Of a stretch of DNA of 64,000 nucleotides, positions 41,134-52,082 are shown in pieces (positions within the stretch are counted from its first letter, which is position 1; the number at the start of each line of letters is the position of its first letter). The notes under the pieces were generated by a model. The model searched no databases and was not told the origin of the DNA. It saw nothing but the letters and a program-made list of their open reading frames with translations. The position numbers and the translations under genes were made by a program. This DNA comes from an uncultured Burkholderiaceae bacterium (GTDB taxonomy: Bacteria; Pseudomonadota; Gammaproteobacteria; Burkholderiales; Burkholderiaceae_A): the NCBI GenBank assembly GCA_964409175.1, contig CAYPCG010000002.1, positions 4,606 through 68,605 of the forward strand. The letters are read 5' to 3'.

Positions 41134-41633
41134 TTCAGACCCCCAGCGGGTGATGACTTCGCGCCGCTCGCAGATCCCGAATCAGCAGGTCGGTTATAGA
41201 GAAACTGCGAAATTAGATTTTCTAAGACAACAGCGGACTGGGTCATCCGAATACGATCCGATGCCTTTAAGACTTCTGTATCACCACCGGGCTCCAGTCC
41301 CACATAGTTATCGCCCAACAGTCCTGAGGTCAGGATCTTTGCGGAGGTATCTTTAGGAAACTGATAGCTGGTCTCGAGATCCATGATGACCTTCGCCTGA
41401 TACTGCTTATCATCAAACTGAATCTCACGAACACGGCCAACCACCACCCCCGCACTGCGAACCGCTGCCTTTGGCTTTAAGCCACCGATATTGTCAAAGT
41501 AGGCATGCACTGCATAGGTACTGCCAGATGACACGCCACTGAGATTGCTCACCTGAAGCGCCATAAACAACAGCGCCATCAGACCGAGCAGGACGAAGGC
41601 GCCCACTGCGAGATTTAACGTTCGGCCTTGCAT
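41130..41633 (-). CDS. mlaD: Outer membrane lipid asymmetry maintenance protein MlaD (MCE domain)
   Basis: N-terminal TM segment and an MCE domain (GGLKPKAAVRSAGVVVGRV). Confidence 0.85.
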   Translation of the reverse strand: MQGRTLNLAVGAFVLLGLMALLFMALQVSNLSGVSSGSTYAVHAYFDNIGGLKPKAAVRSAGVVVGRVREIQFDDKQYQAKVIMDLETSYQFPKDTSAKILTSGLLGDNYVGLEPGGDTEVLKASDRIRMTQSAVVLENLISQFLYNRPADSGSASGAKSSPAGGLK

Positions 41634-42424
41634 TAGTTTTCTCCAAACATAAGTGCGGTCAGCACAAAATCTAATCCGAGTACTGCAAGCGAGCCCACGA
41701 CGACAGTGAGTGTCGTTGCCCGTGCCACACCTTCTGGTGTGGGCTTTGACTCATATCCCTGCATCAATGCCACCAGGGTGACAGCAAATCCAAAGACAAT
41801 GCTCTTGATGACCCCATTGACAATGTCGTCCCAGAAATCAACACCATCGGTCATCTGCGCCCAGAACGCGCCAGGGTCTACCCCAATCAACAGCACGCCA
41901 ACAATCCAGCCCCCGATAATGCCGATGGCCGAAAACAGAGTCGATAACACTGGCACAGTGAGTAGACCGCCAAAGAACCTCGGGCCCAGCACGCGTGCCA
42001 CCGGATCCACCGCCATCGCCTCTAACGCAGAGAGCTGCTCGCCGGCTTTCATCAGGCCAATCTCCGCCGTCAATGACGTTCCTGCGCGGCCTGCAAATAG
42101 CAATGCTGCAATCACTGGCCCCAATTCTCTCACCAAGGCAAGCGCCACTAGGAGCCCCAACGCCTCTTCGGAGCCATAACGTCTCAGGGTGTAATAGCCC
42201 TGAAGCCCCAAGACAAGGCCAACGAATAGACCCGCGACCAGAATAATCGCCAGCGAGTGGTTGCCCAGAAAGTGCACCTGAGCGGCAATCGCCTTGGGGC
42301 GTCTCCAGATCTGATGCGAACGACTGAGTATCTGTAGACCAAGCCGCGCAAAGATTCCCAGCCCTTCGACAAACCGCAGAATGAGTGCACCGAATCCGGA
42401 TAGCCAGTTAAGAAATGCCGTCAT
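41633..42424 (-). CDS. mlaE: Lipid asymmetry ABC transporter permease MlaE
   Basis: 263 aa, polytopic. VRELGPVIAALLFAGRAG block. Confidence 0.9.
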   Translation of the reverse strand: MTAFLNWLSGFGALILRFVEGLGIFARLGLQILSRSHQIWRRPKAIAAQVHFLGNHSLAIILVAGLFVGLVLGLQGYYTLRRYGSEEALGLLVALALVRELGPVIAALLFAGRAGTSLTAEIGLMKAGEQLSALEAMAVDPVARVLGPRFFGGLLTVPVLSTLFSAIGIIGGWIVGVLLIGVDPGAFWAQMTDGVDFWDDIVNGVIKSIVFGFAVTLVALMQGYESKPTPEGVARATTLTVVVGSLAVLGLDFVLTALMFGEN

Positions 42425-43296
42425 CGGTCGCCCCCAGGAAGCCCGAACGACTCTTCAATTGGTGGCGCGGGGTAATGGAAGCGGACAGGACCATCCACCT
42501 GACCATCGAGAAACTGACGCACAAAAGGATCTTGACTCATCCGCAGCTCAGGCGGCGTGCCCTGGGCAATGAGTCGCGCTCCGGTTGGAGATGGCGCAAA
42601 TACAAAAATACGATCCGCAATCGCAAACGTCTCGACAACATCATGGGTCACCACCACCGATGTCGCCCCCAGGGCCGAATTCAACCGTCGAATCAGATTC
42701 GCGGTCACGCCAAGGGAGATGGGATCAAGACCCGCGAAAGGCTCGTCATAAAGAATCAGCTCGGGATCCAGCGCAATCGCTCTGGCCAACGCGACTCGTC
42801 TCGCCATTCCGCCCGATATCTCCGCGGGTTTTAGGGCTGCTGCGCCACGAAGCCCAACCGACTCGAGCTTGAGCATCACCAGGTCCTGGATCATCGACTC
42901 CGGCAGCTGGGTGTGTTCACGCAGCGGGAAGGCGACATTCTCAAAACAGGTGAGATCGGTAAACAACGCGCCAAACTGAAATAACAGCCCCATGCGACGA
43001 CGCATGGCGTACAAAGTGTCTCGTTGGTGTCGATCCACAACCTGACCGAGTACCTCCACCCGTCCCTGCTGCGGGGCAATCAGCCCACTCATGAGCCGCA
43101 ACAGAGTCGTCTTGCCCACGCCAGACCCCCCCATCAGGGCCACGACCTCTCCCGCTGGGATCTCAAACGAGACCCGATCGATTACTCGACGCGTGTCATA
43201 ACCGAAGCTGAGATCACGAAAGGCGACGACCGGTCCCTGGGGGGTGCCGGTCACCTGCGAGCTTGGGGTACTGAGCGTCATTGTCGACAAAGACAC
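42421..43296 (-). CDS. mlaF: Lipid asymmetry ABC transporter ATP-binding protein MlaF
   Basis: Walker A GGSGVGKTT, signature ISGGMARRVALARA, Walker B LILYDEPFAGLD. An alternative ATG lies at 43281. Confidence 0.9.
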   Translation of the reverse strand: MSLSTMTLSTPSSQVTGTPQGPVVAFRDLSFGYDTRRVIDRVSFEIPAGEVVALMGGSGVGKTTLLRLMSGLIAPQQGRVEVLGQVVDRHQRDTLYAMRRRMGLLFQFGALFTDLTCFENVAFPLREHTQLPESMIQDLVMLKLESVGLRGAAALKPAEISGGMARRVALARAIALDPELILYDEPFAGLDPISLGVTANLIRRLNSALGATSVVVTHDVVETFAIADRIFVFAPSPTGARLIAQGTPPELRMSQDPFVRQFLDGQVDGPVRFHYPAPPIEESFGLPGGDR

Positions 43297-43360
43297 ATTC
43301 CGTTGTAGCGATTATTTGGCGCTCGTGGCGACAGCAGGCCAGCCGAGCGAAGAAAACCAT

Positions 43361-45364
43361 CTATTTTAGGACGCCGGCGCTGCTTAAACGTTCCTCAGCC
43401 AGGGCAATCGCCTCGGAAGTGCCCCGAACCACCAGCACATCGCCCGGGGACAGACGAAACTGCCCGTCCACATCGACCCGCTTTTGACCCCGGCGAACAC
43501 TGGTCACCTCGACCCCGATCAGGTCAAGACCGATATCGTCTAGGGGCCGATCAAACCAAGGCGAATTGGCAGGCAAGGAAAAAGACCGCAATAGCACCTC
43601 ACTCGTTCGGTCTGAGATGTCCTCATGGGAGCCGTGGAAATAACCACGCAGCAGCCCGTAACGACCATCACGCACTTCACGAATTCGGCGCAGCACCCGG
43701 TGTAAAGGAACGCCTGCTAACGCGAGGGCATGAGAGGCCAGCATGAGGCTTCCCTCGACGACCTCGGGAATGACTTCCGTTGCCCCGGCCGCCAACAACG
43801 ACTCCAGATCACCGTCATCTCGTGCGCGCACCACAATCGGAAGCGCGGGGGCCAGCGCACGCACCGTGTGGATCAGATGGATGGCCGAGACTCGATCGGC
43901 ATAGGTAATCACAATCGTTGATGCCCGATGGATGCCGGCTGCAACCAGCGTCTCTTTGCGAGCGGCATCCCCGAAAACCACCGAGCTTCCGGCAGCGGCA
44001 GCTTCTCGCGTGCGCTGCGGATCTAGGTCGAGGGCCACATACGGGATCTTTTCGGTATCCAGTAACTGGGCAAGGTTCTGGCCACAACGACCAAAACCGC
44101 AGACGATCACATGCCGGTCCGCGGCCATGGTCTTAGCAGCGATCCGGTGCAGTTCAAGTGATCGCGTAAGCCACTCATTACGCACCAGCCGAAGAATCCA
44201 TCGATCACTCTGATCAATGATGAATGGCGCTAGCAGCATGGAGATCACCATCGCCGCCTGGATCAACTGTAGGGTCTCGTGAGGCACTAGTCCATTTAGA
44301 GACGCTGGGTTTAACAATACAAAACCGAATTCCCCTGCCTGACAAAGCCACAGCCCCGTTTTCAGGGCTGCGCCAGTCGCCACCTTAAAAACCCGCGCGA
44401 GCGCTGCAATCAAAAGGAACTTAAACAGCATCGGGCCGAGCACCAGAAGCGCGATAAATGGGCCGTTCTGCGCGAGCACTTTTAGGTCTAACAACATGCC
44501 GACCGAAATGAAGAACAGGCCCATCAGCACATCCCGATAGGGCTTGACGTCAGACTCCACCTGATAGCGGTACTCGGTCTCTGAGATCAACATCCCCGCC
44601 AAGAACGCGCCCAGCGCAAGGGATAGCCCCGCATGCTCGGTGACCAGGGCAAGGCCCAGGGTCATCAACAACACGTTCAGCGTAAAAAGCTCCTGTGACT
44701 TGCGTCGAGCGACCAAGGTCAGCCATGGCCGCACTAGGCGCTGCCCCACCAGTAAGGCGACCGCGAGCACCAGAACCGATTTGCCCAGCGCGAGCCCCAA
44801 TGCGGTCGCCAGGCTCTCGCCTGAGCTTCCCGCCCCGCCGATCACCGACAGCGCAGGAATCAGCACGAGCAGCGGAACTACTGCCAGATCTTGAAAGAGC
44901 AAGACCCCGACAACCGGCTTCCCGTGCGGCGATTCAATCTCCCCTCGATCGCTCGCTAGCCGCATGACCATCGCCGTCGATGACATGGCCATGGCGCCAC
45001 CCAGCGCAAGGCCAGCCTGCCAGCCCAGACCGTGAAAGTCCTGGGTCAAGACCAGGACCAGCAACACCGCCAGCATGGTCAAGGCCACCTGGAGCCCCCC
45101 AAGGCCAAACACCAGGCTGCGCATTGCACGCAGCTTGGGCAGGCTGAATTCAAGGCCGATAGAGAACATTAGAAACACCACACCAATCTCGGCCAGCCAT
45201 TTCGTGACATCGGTATCGGGAGCCAACCCCAACGCATGGGGACCGAAGGCAAGTCCCACGACCAGATAGCCCACCAGCGGGGGCAGCTTTAGGGCGCGTG
45301 CGGCTGCCACGGCACCAACGGACACCGCCAACAGCACCACAATGACCCCAAGAAGAGATTCCAT
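43361..45364 (-). CDS. CPA2-family monovalent cation:proton antiporter with TrkA-N/TrkA-C (RCK) domains (KefB/YbaL-like)
   Basis: 667 aa. About 12 TM segments, then VIVCGFGRCGQ (Rossmann) and a C-terminal TrkA-C region. Confidence 0.85.
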   Translation of the reverse strand: MESLLGVIVVLLAVSVGAVAAARALKLPPLVGYLVVGLAFGPHALGLAPDTDVTKWLAEIGVVFLMFSIGLEFSLPKLRAMRSLVFGLGGLQVALTMLAVLLVLVLTQDFHGLGWQAGLALGGAMAMSSTAMVMRLASDRGEIESPHGKPVVGVLLFQDLAVVPLLVLIPALSVIGGAGSSGESLATALGLALGKSVLVLAVALLVGQRLVRPWLTLVARRKSQELFTLNVLLMTLGLALVTEHAGLSLALGAFLAGMLISETEYRYQVESDVKPYRDVLMGLFFISVGMLLDLKVLAQNGPFIALLVLGPMLFKFLLIAALARVFKVATGAALKTGLWLCQAGEFGFVLLNPASLNGLVPHETLQLIQAAMVISMLLAPFIIDQSDRWILRLVRNEWLTRSLELHRIAAKTMAADRHVIVCGFGRCGQNLAQLLDTEKIPYVALDLDPQRTREAAAAGSSVVFGDAARKETLVAAGIHRASTIVITYADRVSAIHLIHTVRALAPALPIVVRARDDGDLESLLAAGATEVIPEVVEGSLMLASHALALAGVPLHRVLRRIREVRDGRYGLLRGYFHGSHEDISDRTSEVLLRSFSLPANSPWFDRPLDDIGLDLIGVEVTSVRRGQKRVDVDGQFRLSPGDVLVVRGTSEAIALAEERLSSAGVLK

Positions 45365-45427
45365 GTCTGGTATGAACTTTGCTTAAACGCTTTGCTACAC
45401 TGCTTGCATCGAACCCCAAGTGTAGCA

Positions 45428-46462
45428 ATGGACAAGACGAAGACAGGGAACGCATTGGCTGCAAACGATCAATCTGAGTCCGCATCACGCCATCGAGCCC
45501 ACCATATTTTTGCGCGGGCTCGCGAGGTCATCCGGATCGAGGCGGATGCGGTGCTTGGACTGCTCGATCAGCTCGATCAACAGATCGTGATCGCTGCGGA
45601 GACGATTCTGGCGTGTACCGGACGCGTCGTGGTCTCAGGAATGGGTAAATCCGGGCATGTCGCCCGCAAGGTGTCGGCCACGCTGGCATCGACCGGCACG
45701 CCTGCCTTTTTCGTGCATCCCGCAGAGGCGCGCCACGGCGATCTGGGCATGATCCAGAGTAACGACGTGGTCTTGGCGTTCTCGAATTCTGGAGAGACAG
45801 AGGAACTGTCGACGCTTGCACCACACATCAAACGACTCGGGGCCAGATTGATTGCGATAACCGGTAATCCTGAGTCGTCGCTCGCGAAACTCGCCGACAT
45901 TCATCTGAATGCCTCGGTCAAGGTCGAAGCCTGTCCACTGAATCTCGCCCCCACGGCCAGCACCACTGCTGCGCTCGCCCTCGGGGATGCGCTTGCATTA
46001 GTGCTCCTCGATCTTCGCGGCTTTAGTGCCGAAGACTTTGCTCGGTCACACCCAGGCGGCAGCCTTGGCCGCCGGCTGCTGGTCCGTGTCTCAGACGTGA
46101 TGCGCACCGGCGAACAGCTTCCAGTCGTGCAAGAGGGTACGCTGGTGACCGATGCGTTTCAGGTCATCAGCGCAAAGCGTATGGGCATGACCGCCGTGGT
46201 GAACGCGGCGAACCGCGTTGTAGGAATTTTTACAGATGGCGACCTACGTCGCGTCTTGTCACAAGGGGTTGATCTGCGAGGCATGCGGATTGACGACGTC
46301 ATGACGCGCAACCCCAAGTCGATCGATGGCCATCGTCTCGCCAGCGAGGTGGCGCATCTGATGGACACCACCCGCATCAATCACTTACTGGTCGTCGATC
46401 GCGAGGGGGCACTTGTCGGTGCCGTTGGCATCCACGATCTACTTGAGTCCAAGATTCTCTAG
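45428..46462 (+). CDS. kdsD: Arabinose-5-phosphate isomerase (KpsF/GutQ family)
   Basis: SIS domain (VVVSGMGKSGHV, SNSGET) plus a tandem CBS pair. ATG at 45428 preferred over the TTG at 45392. Confidence 0.9.
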   Translation: MDKTKTGNALAANDQSESASRHRAHHIFARAREVIRIEADAVLGLLDQLDQQIVIAAETILACTGRVVVSGMGKSGHVARKVSATLASTGTPAFFVHPAEARHGDLGMIQSNDVVLAFSNSGETEELSTLAPHIKRLGARLIAITGNPESSLAKLADIHLNASVKVEACPLNLAPTASTTAALALGDALALVLLDLRGFSAEDFARSHPGGSLGRRLLVRVSDVMRTGEQLPVVQEGTLVTDAFQVISAKRMGMTAVVNAANRVVGIFTDGDLRRVLSQGVDLRGMRIDDVMTRNPKSIDGHRLASEVAHLMDTTRINHLLVVDREGALVGAVGIHDLLESKIL

Positions 46463-46468
46463 CCTGTC

Positions 46469-46990
46469 ATGAGCACGGTAATTCCAGAGACCGCTGATCT
46501 TGCTGATGTACGGCGCCGCTGTCAGCAGCTTGAATGGATGTTTTTTGATGTCGATGGCGTGATGACGGACGGCGGATTGTTTTACAACGATCAGGGTGAG
46601 GCCTTCAAACGATTTAATGTCTTAGATGGTCACGGTCTGAAGGCGCTCAAGGCCGCAGGCATCAGGATCGCGATCCTCAGTGGACGCAGTCATCCGGCCA
46701 CCGCGACACGCGGCCGAGAACTTGGCTTTGACCTGGTGATCCAGGGGCAAAGCGATAAAGGGCCCGCCTTTGATGCGCTGATCAAGACGCATGCGATCAA
46801 CCCCGAGCGTTGTGGTCACATGGGCGATGACACCCCTGATCTTGCGCTCTTCGCCCGCGTTGCTTTTGCCGCCGCGGTGCCCAACGCCCATCCAATGGTG
46901 ATTGCGCAGGCCCACTGGGTAGCGTCACGCCAAGGGGGGCAAGGTGCTGTTCGGGAGTGCTGTGACTTTATTTTGGAGTCTCGCGCATGA
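46469..46990 (+). CDS. kdsC: KDO 8-phosphate phosphatase
   Basis: HAD-IIIA motifs FFDVDGVMTDG and MGDDTPDL. Confidence 0.85.
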   Translation: MSTVIPETADLADVRRRCQQLEWMFFDVDGVMTDGGLFYNDQGEAFKRFNVLDGHGLKALKAAGIRIAILSGRSHPATATRGRELGFDLVIQGQSDKGPAFDALIKTHAINPERCGHMGDDTPDLALFARVAFAAAVPNAHPMVIAQAHWVASRQGGQGAVRECCDFILESRA

Positions 46991-47568
46991 GAGGCGCAGA
47001 CCGAGTCGGACAGTTCGTTTCCGTCGGTCTTTTTCTTGTTCTCGCCATCGCCTCGTGGGGGCTCACGGAATACCTTCAGCGCGGTCGAATGATGTCTGCA
47101 CCGACGAGTACCGCAGGACCAAACGCGATCATTGAGAATCCGAAGATCGTACGGTCCGATCCTTCGGGTCGGCCCCAGTACCGTCTCGAGGCGGCCTCCA
47201 TTACCTACAGTGAACGTGCGGATCGCAGTGAGATTCAGCAGCCCGTGGTCTCTTCCCTTGCCGCGAACAAGCCACTCACTGTAGTCCGTGCGCAGTCCGC
47301 CATCGCCACTGATCAGCTCAATCGAATTGACCTACAGGGTCAGGTGCTAATCACCCGCGCCGCCGAAGGCACACAGCCCGGAGCGCGCATTGAGACCGAA
47401 CGGGCAACCCTGCTGATGAAAGAGGAGCGCGCCGTCAGTGATGCGCCTGTGCTGATCTCGCGAGGCGCCTCGACGCTTGCCGGCGTGGGGATGGTCTTTG
47501 ATCAGAAGACGCAGAAAATCGAGATCACATCAGACTCAAGAATGGTTGTCCCAAGAGAGAAACGATGA
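46987..47568 (+). CDS. lptC: LPS export system protein LptC
   Basis: N-terminal TM anchor, OstA-like beta-jellyroll pattern, and position between kdsC and lptA. Confidence 0.75.
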   Translation: MRGADRVGQFVSVGLFLVLAIASWGLTEYLQRGRMMSAPTSTAGPNAIIENPKIVRSDPSGRPQYRLEAASITYSERADRSEIQQPVVSSLAANKPLTVVRAQSAIATDQLNRIDLQGQVLITRAAEGTQPGARIETERATLLMKEERAVSDAPVLISRGASTLAGVGMVFDQKTQKIEITSDSRMVVPREKR

Positions 47569-48104
47569 ACGCACGTCTTGACCACCGCCTCATTCCCGTT
47601 GTGTTGACGCTTTTTTTGCTCGGTCTGGCAGCCCCCCAGTCCTTCGCGGAAAAAGCAGATCGCGACAAACCCACCACGATTGACTCGGACCGCCTGAGCC
47701 ACGATGACCAGAAGCAGATCACCACATTCAGTGGCAATGTGGTGCTGACCAAAGGCACTCTCCAGATGCGGGGTGACCGAATGGAACTCTGGCAGGATGC
47801 CAACGGTAATTATTTTGGGGTCATGACCGGCAGGCCCGCCCGTTTTCGACAGAAGCGTGACGGCGTCAATGAGTTCATGGAAGGCGAAAGTGGCCGCATG
47901 GACTACAACGGCAAAGAGGAAACAGTCGTACTGAGCGGCAACGCCATCATGCGACGCGTGGAGGGCGATCAGCTCAAAGATCAGGTCTCAGGCGATCGCC
48001 TGACCTACAACAACCTAACCGAACGCTATCTGGTGGAGTCCGGAGAAGGGCAGCCGCGCTCCCGTATGTTTCTGATGCCAAAGTCGGAAGGTCGTACACC
48101 GTGA
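47565..48104 (+). CDS. lptA: LPS transport periplasmic protein LptA
   Basis: Signal peptide and an OstA_N pattern ([22 protein letters not shown]). Confidence 0.85.
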   Translation: MNARLDHRLIPVVLTLFLLGLAAPQSFAEKADRDKPTTIDSDRLSHDDQKQITTFSGNVVLTKGTLQMRGDRMELWQDANGNYFGVMTGRPARFRQKRDGVNEFMEGESGRMDYNGKEETVVLSGNAIMRRVEGDQLKDQVSGDRLTYNNLTERYLVESGEGQPRSRMFLMPKSEGRTP

Positions 48105-48850
48105 CGGAGACCCACACCCTTGACGTCAGAGGTCTGCGCAAGGCCTACAAAGGGCGGACAGTCGTTCAAGATGTCACGATGACCCTTGCCAGCGGAGAGG
48201 TCGTGGGCCTACTGGGGCCCAACGGCGCAGGCAAGACCACTAGTTTTTACATGATCGTTGGACTGGTGCGATCCGATGCAGGGGAGATCTGGATGGATGG
48301 CAAGAATCTGGCGTTCATGCCCATTCACCAACGCGCACGACTCGGGCTATCGTATCTGCCGCAAGAGGCGTCCGTCTTTCGCAAACTCTCTGTTGCCGAC
48401 AATATCCGCGCAGTGCTCGAGCTTCAGACGGATGATGCTGGCGCCCCTTTATCCGCGGCCGACATTGAAACGCGCCTGACCGCATTACTGGATGACCTGC
48501 AGATTTCAGCGCTTCGCGACAATATGGCCCAGTCTCTTTCGGGGGGCGAACGTCGTCGTGTAGAGATTGCGCGCGCACTCGCCACCTCTCCGCGCTTCAT
48601 TCTGCTCGATGAACCGTTTGCGGGTGTAGATCCGATTGCCGTGATTGAGATTCAGCGCATCGTCCGTTTTTTGAAGAGTCGCGGTATTGGGGTGTTGATC
48701 ACAGACCATAATGTCCGCGAGACGCTAGGCATCTGTGACCGCGCCTACATCATTAGCGAAGGCTCTGTTCTCGCGAGCGGCGCACCCCAAGAGATCGTGG
48801 CCGATCCGAGTGTTCGTAAGGTCTATCTCGGGGAACACTTCCGCATGTAG
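48101..48850 (+). CDS. lptB: LPS export ABC transporter ATP-binding protein LptB
   Basis: [43 protein letters not shown]. Confidence 0.95.
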   Translation: MTETHTLDVRGLRKAYKGRTVVQDVTMTLASGEVVGLLGPNGAGKTTSFYMIVGLVRSDAGEIWMDGKNLAFMPIHQRARLGLSYLPQEASVFRKLSVADNIRAVLELQTDDAGAPLSAADIETRLTALLDDLQISALRDNMAQSLSGGERRRVEIARALATSPRFILLDEPFAGVDPIAVIEIQRIVRFLKSRGIGVLITDHNVRETLGICDRAYIISEGSVLASGAPQEIVADPSVRKVYLGEHFRM

Positions 48851-48864
48851 GCGCCTTGCCGTCT

Positions 48865-50277
48865 ATGAAACCGACGCTCGGCCTTCGCACCTCTCAACAG
48901 CTCGCCTTAACCCCGCAGCTGCAACAGTCCATTCGACTTCTGCAGTTATCAACGGCCGAGCTCGAACAAGAGATCGAACAGTTTCTATCAGATAACCCGC
49001 TACTGGAAGTCACCGAACCCGAGCGTGTCGAGGCCGCTCATGAGGACCACGACGACCACCATGATGATCAACTTCCAGGATCTGCTGAGAACTGGTCGAT
49101 TGGCGGCAAAGGGTCCCGTGATGATGATGACGAACAAGACTGGATGGCCCAGCGTGCGGCGGCGACCGGGCTTGTTGATCATCTCCATGAACAGGCCATG
49201 GCGCTGAAGCTTTCTGATCGAGATCGCGCCTGGTTAAAGGTGCTGATCGAAAGCCTGGATGACGATGGCTACCTACGTGAGGGTCTCGATGAGATCGAAG
49301 AAGGCATCGCAGATGCCTTTGAGGCCGCGTTTGGTGAGCGATTGGATACCGATGAGCAGACGCTGGGGCTCACGCTACTGCAGGCGATGGACCCGGCTGG
49401 CGTTGGTGCACGAGACCTATCCGAATGCCTACGTCTTCAGCTGGCACGGCAGCAAGACGATCACGACGCTGATGTGTTCGCGCTTGCTATGGCCATTGTT
49501 CGTGAACCCTCGCTACTCGAGGCGGTCGGTGGTCGCGACTTCACTCGGCTGTGTCAGTCTCTGCGGTGTGATCGAGACACGCTGCGAGACGTTCTCACCA
49601 CCATTACCCGGTTAAATCCAAAACCCGGCGGTGCGTTTCGACAGGATGCGGCAGAAGCGGTCATTCCTGATGTGATTGCCTTTCGGTCGAAGACACGTCA
49701 GGGCATCCGCTGGCAGGTTCGCCTGAATGAGTCTGCTGTGCCGCGGCTGTCGATCAATCCCGTGTATGCAGAAATGATTCGTCAAGATAAGGCCAGCAGC
49801 ATGTCAGGTCAGCTGCAAGAGGCCCGTTGGGTGATAAAAAACATTCAGCAGCGATGCGACACGATCCTTCGTGTTGCCCAGGCGATCGCTCGTGAGCAAC
49901 ACGCATTTTTTGAGCAGGGCGAGACTGCGATGCGCCCGTTAGTACTGCGCGAGATTGCCCAACAGTGCGAACTGCATGAGTCGACGGTCTCCCGCGTGAC
50001 CACGAACAAGTACATCCTGACCCCAATGGGCACCTTCGAGCTCAAGTACTTTTTTACCAGTCACGTCGGTACCGAGGATGGAGGCACTGCATCATCGACC
50101 GCGATCCGGGCCAAAATTAAACAATGGATTGCCTCCGAAGATCCTCGTAAACCCTTGTCTGATCAGCAGATTGCGGATCGTTTTGCCCAAGAAGGTGTCC
50201 AAGTTGCGCGGCGCACGATTGCAAAGTATCGGGAAGCGCTCAGAATTGACCCCGTCAGCCAACGTAAGAAACTCTAA
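48865..50277 (+). CDS. rpoN: RNA polymerase sigma-54 factor
   Basis: MKPTLGLRTSQQLALTPQLQQSIRLLQLS, acidic region II, and the RpoN box ARRTIAKYRE. Confidence 0.95.
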   Translation: MKPTLGLRTSQQLALTPQLQQSIRLLQLSTAELEQEIEQFLSDNPLLEVTEPERVEAAHEDHDDHHDDQLPGSAENWSIGGKGSRDDDDEQDWMAQRAAATGLVDHLHEQAMALKLSDRDRAWLKVLIESLDDDGYLREGLDEIEEGIADAFEAAFGERLDTDEQTLGLTLLQAMDPAGVGARDLSECLRLQLARQQDDHDADVFALAMAIVREPSLLEAVGGRDFTRLCQSLRCDRDTLRDVLTTITRLNPKPGGAFRQDAAEAVIPDVIAFRSKTRQGIRWQVRLNESAVPRLSINPVYAEMIRQDKASSMSGQLQEARWVIKNIQQRCDTILRVAQAIAREQHAFFEQGETAMRPLVLREIAQQCELHESTVSRVTTNKYILTPMGTFELKYFFTSHVGTEDGGTASSTAIRAKIKQWIASEDPRKPLSDQQIADRFAQEGVQVARRTIAKYREALRIDPVSQRKKL

Positions 50278-50291
50278 AAGGAGGTCGTACC

Positions 50292-50627
50292 ATGCATCTG
50301 ACTGTCAAAGGGCATCACCTCGAAATCACCGACGCAATTCACCGGTACGTTGATCAGAAATTCGGGCGGCCCTGGCGACACTTTGATCATGTCAACGAAG
50401 TCCACGTGGTACTGAGCGTTGAAAAGGTCTTCCAGCGGGCAGAGGTAACCGTCCATCTCCCCAAAAAAGACATCCACTGCGAGTCCGTCCATACGGACCT
50501 TTACGCCGCGATCGATCAGCTGGCCGATAAGCTCGACCGGCAAGTCGTACGGTACAAGGAAACCCACCGGCCTGGCGTCCACAGGGGCCAGGGGAGCGAT
50601 CGCTGGCAGTCCGTTTCGTCGGCTTGA
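50292..50627 (+). CDS. hpf: Ribosome hibernation promoting factor
   Basis: KGHHLEITDAIHRYV. 111 aa. Follows rpoN. Confidence 0.9.
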   Translation: MHLTVKGHHLEITDAIHRYVDQKFGRPWRHFDHVNEVHVVLSVEKVFQRAEVTVHLPKKDIHCESVHTDLYAAIDQLADKLDRQVVRYKETHRPGVHRGQGSDRWQSVSSA

Positions 50628-50692
50628 TCGCCGGCTTAACGCGCCGCAGCAATCGATCTATAATCCGCCCACTCGATTGATACGAGGCGGAA

Positions 50693-51157
50693 ATGAACCG
50701 CATAAGCCAGCTTTTACCCCTGACCAACGTCATCGTTGGTCTTGAAGCCAGTAGCAAGAAGCGTGTTTTCGAACAGGCAGGGCTTCTTTTTGAAAACAAC
50801 CAGGGCATTGCGCGCGTCAAGGTCTTTGACTCGCTGTTTGCCCGTGAACGTCTCGGGTCGACTGGCCTGGGCGAGGGGATTGCAATCCCGCATGGACGCA
50901 TCAAGGGACTGAAAGATGCGGTGGCTGCGGTCTTGCGTCTGTCAGAGCCCGTTGCCTTTGATGCCCCGGATGGCAAGCCCGTCAGCCTGCTGCTGATCCT
51001 GCTGGTCCCCGAACAGGCGACCCAGCAGCACCTAGAGATCCTTTCCGAAGTCGCTGAGATGCTGTCGGACCGCACCATGCGCGATCGGCTTCTTTCCGAG
51101 GCCGACCCCAAAGTCCTGCACGAGGCGCTCGCGAGCTGGCAGCCGGCCCGTGCTTGA
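50693..51157 (+). CDS. ptsN: PTS IIA-like nitrogen regulatory protein PtsN
   Basis: [12 protein letters not shown] active-site His block. 154 aa. Confidence 0.9.
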   Translation: MNRISQLLPLTNVIVGLEASSKKRVFEQAGLLFENNQGIARVKVFDSLFARERLGSTGLGEGIAIPHGRIKGLKDAVAAVLRLSEPVAFDAPDGKPVSLLLILLVPEQATQQHLEILSEVAEMLSDRTMRDRLLSEADPKVLHEALASWQPARA

Positions 51158-52082
51158 CGTCAAAACCCTCTTTGATGACAACGCAGAGGCGTTAAAGCTT
51201 AGTTTTTTAACGGGCCAGGTAGGTGCGAGTCGAAAGATCGGCTCGCAGTCCACCCAGAGTGCCGATCTCATCGGGCACCTAAATCTGATTCATCCGAGTC
51301 GCATCCAGGTCATGGGCGCAGAGGAAGTCGCCTATTACAACCGGCTTGATCCCCAGCGCAAGAGTTATCTCACCGCAGAACTGCTCGCAGGAAAACCACC
51401 GGCCATCATCATCGCCGATGACCAGATTCCGCCCGCAGAACTCTTTTCCGCCTGCGAACGAGAAGGTCTGGCGCTCCTGCGAACCCCTGTCTCGGCTGGA
51501 CAGATCATTGAAGTGGCGCGTGCTCAGTTATCCCGCGTACTCGCCCCGAAGACCCAGATGCACGGCGTCTTCATGGATGTCCTGGGGATGGGAGTGCTGA
51601 TCGCCGGAGAGTCTGGACTCGGCAAGAGCGAACTCGCCCTTGAACTCGTGACACGAGGACACGGACTGATCGCGGACGACGTGGTGGAGTTCACGCGTGT
51701 GGCCGCCGATGCGGTCGAAGGACGCTGCCCACCGCTGCTGCAGAACCTACTAGAAGTGCGCGGCCTTGGCCTGTTGGATATCAAGACCATTTTTGGTGAG
51801 ACTTCCGTACGACGAAAGATGCGACTCAAGCTGATCGTGCAGCTGATTCGTCGCAGTGTTATGGATGAATTTGAGCGGCTGCCTCTGGAGGCCATGACGC
51901 AAGACGTCATGGGGCTTCCGATTCGTAAGGTCGTGATTCCTGTTGCAGCCGGTCGGAACTTAGCCGTGCTGGTCGAAGCGGCGGTTCGTAATGCCGTGCT
52001 CGGACTACGTGGCATTGACACGATGCAAGAGTTTGTCGAACGGCAGCAGGCTGCGATGCAGAATTCAACGGATAACTCATGA
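51150..52082 (+). CDS. hprK: HPr kinase/phosphorylase
   Basis: [28 protein letters not shown] start overlapping the end of ptsN. Confidence 0.9.
   Translation: MLDVKTLFDDNAEALKLSFLTGQVGASRKIGSQSTQSADLIGHLNLIHPSRIQVMGAEEVAYYNRLDPQRKSYLTAELLAGKPPAIIIADDQIPPAELFSACEREGLALLRTPVSAGQIIEVARAQLSRVLAPKTQMHGVFMDVLGMGVLIAGESGLGKSELALELVTRGHGLIADDVVEFTRVAADAVEGRCPPLLQNLLEVRGLGLLDIKTIFGETSVRRKMRLKLIVQLIRRSVMDEFERLPLEAMTQDVMGLPIRKVVIPVAAGRNLAVLVEAAVRNAVLGLRGIDTMQEFVERQQAAMQNSTDNS

Noticed and set aside
48990-49150. His/Asp-rich tract (HEDHDDHHDDQ ... DDDDEQD) in RpoN
   Set aside because: It coincides with the normally acidic, poorly conserved region II of sigma-54. Probably a compositional variant rather than a functional metal site.
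50392-51111. 239-aa minus-strand ORF spanning the 3' end of hpf, the spacer and ptsN
   Set aside because: The translation is Ser/Arg-rich and it is antisense to two strongly conserved genes. Judged a shadow ORF.
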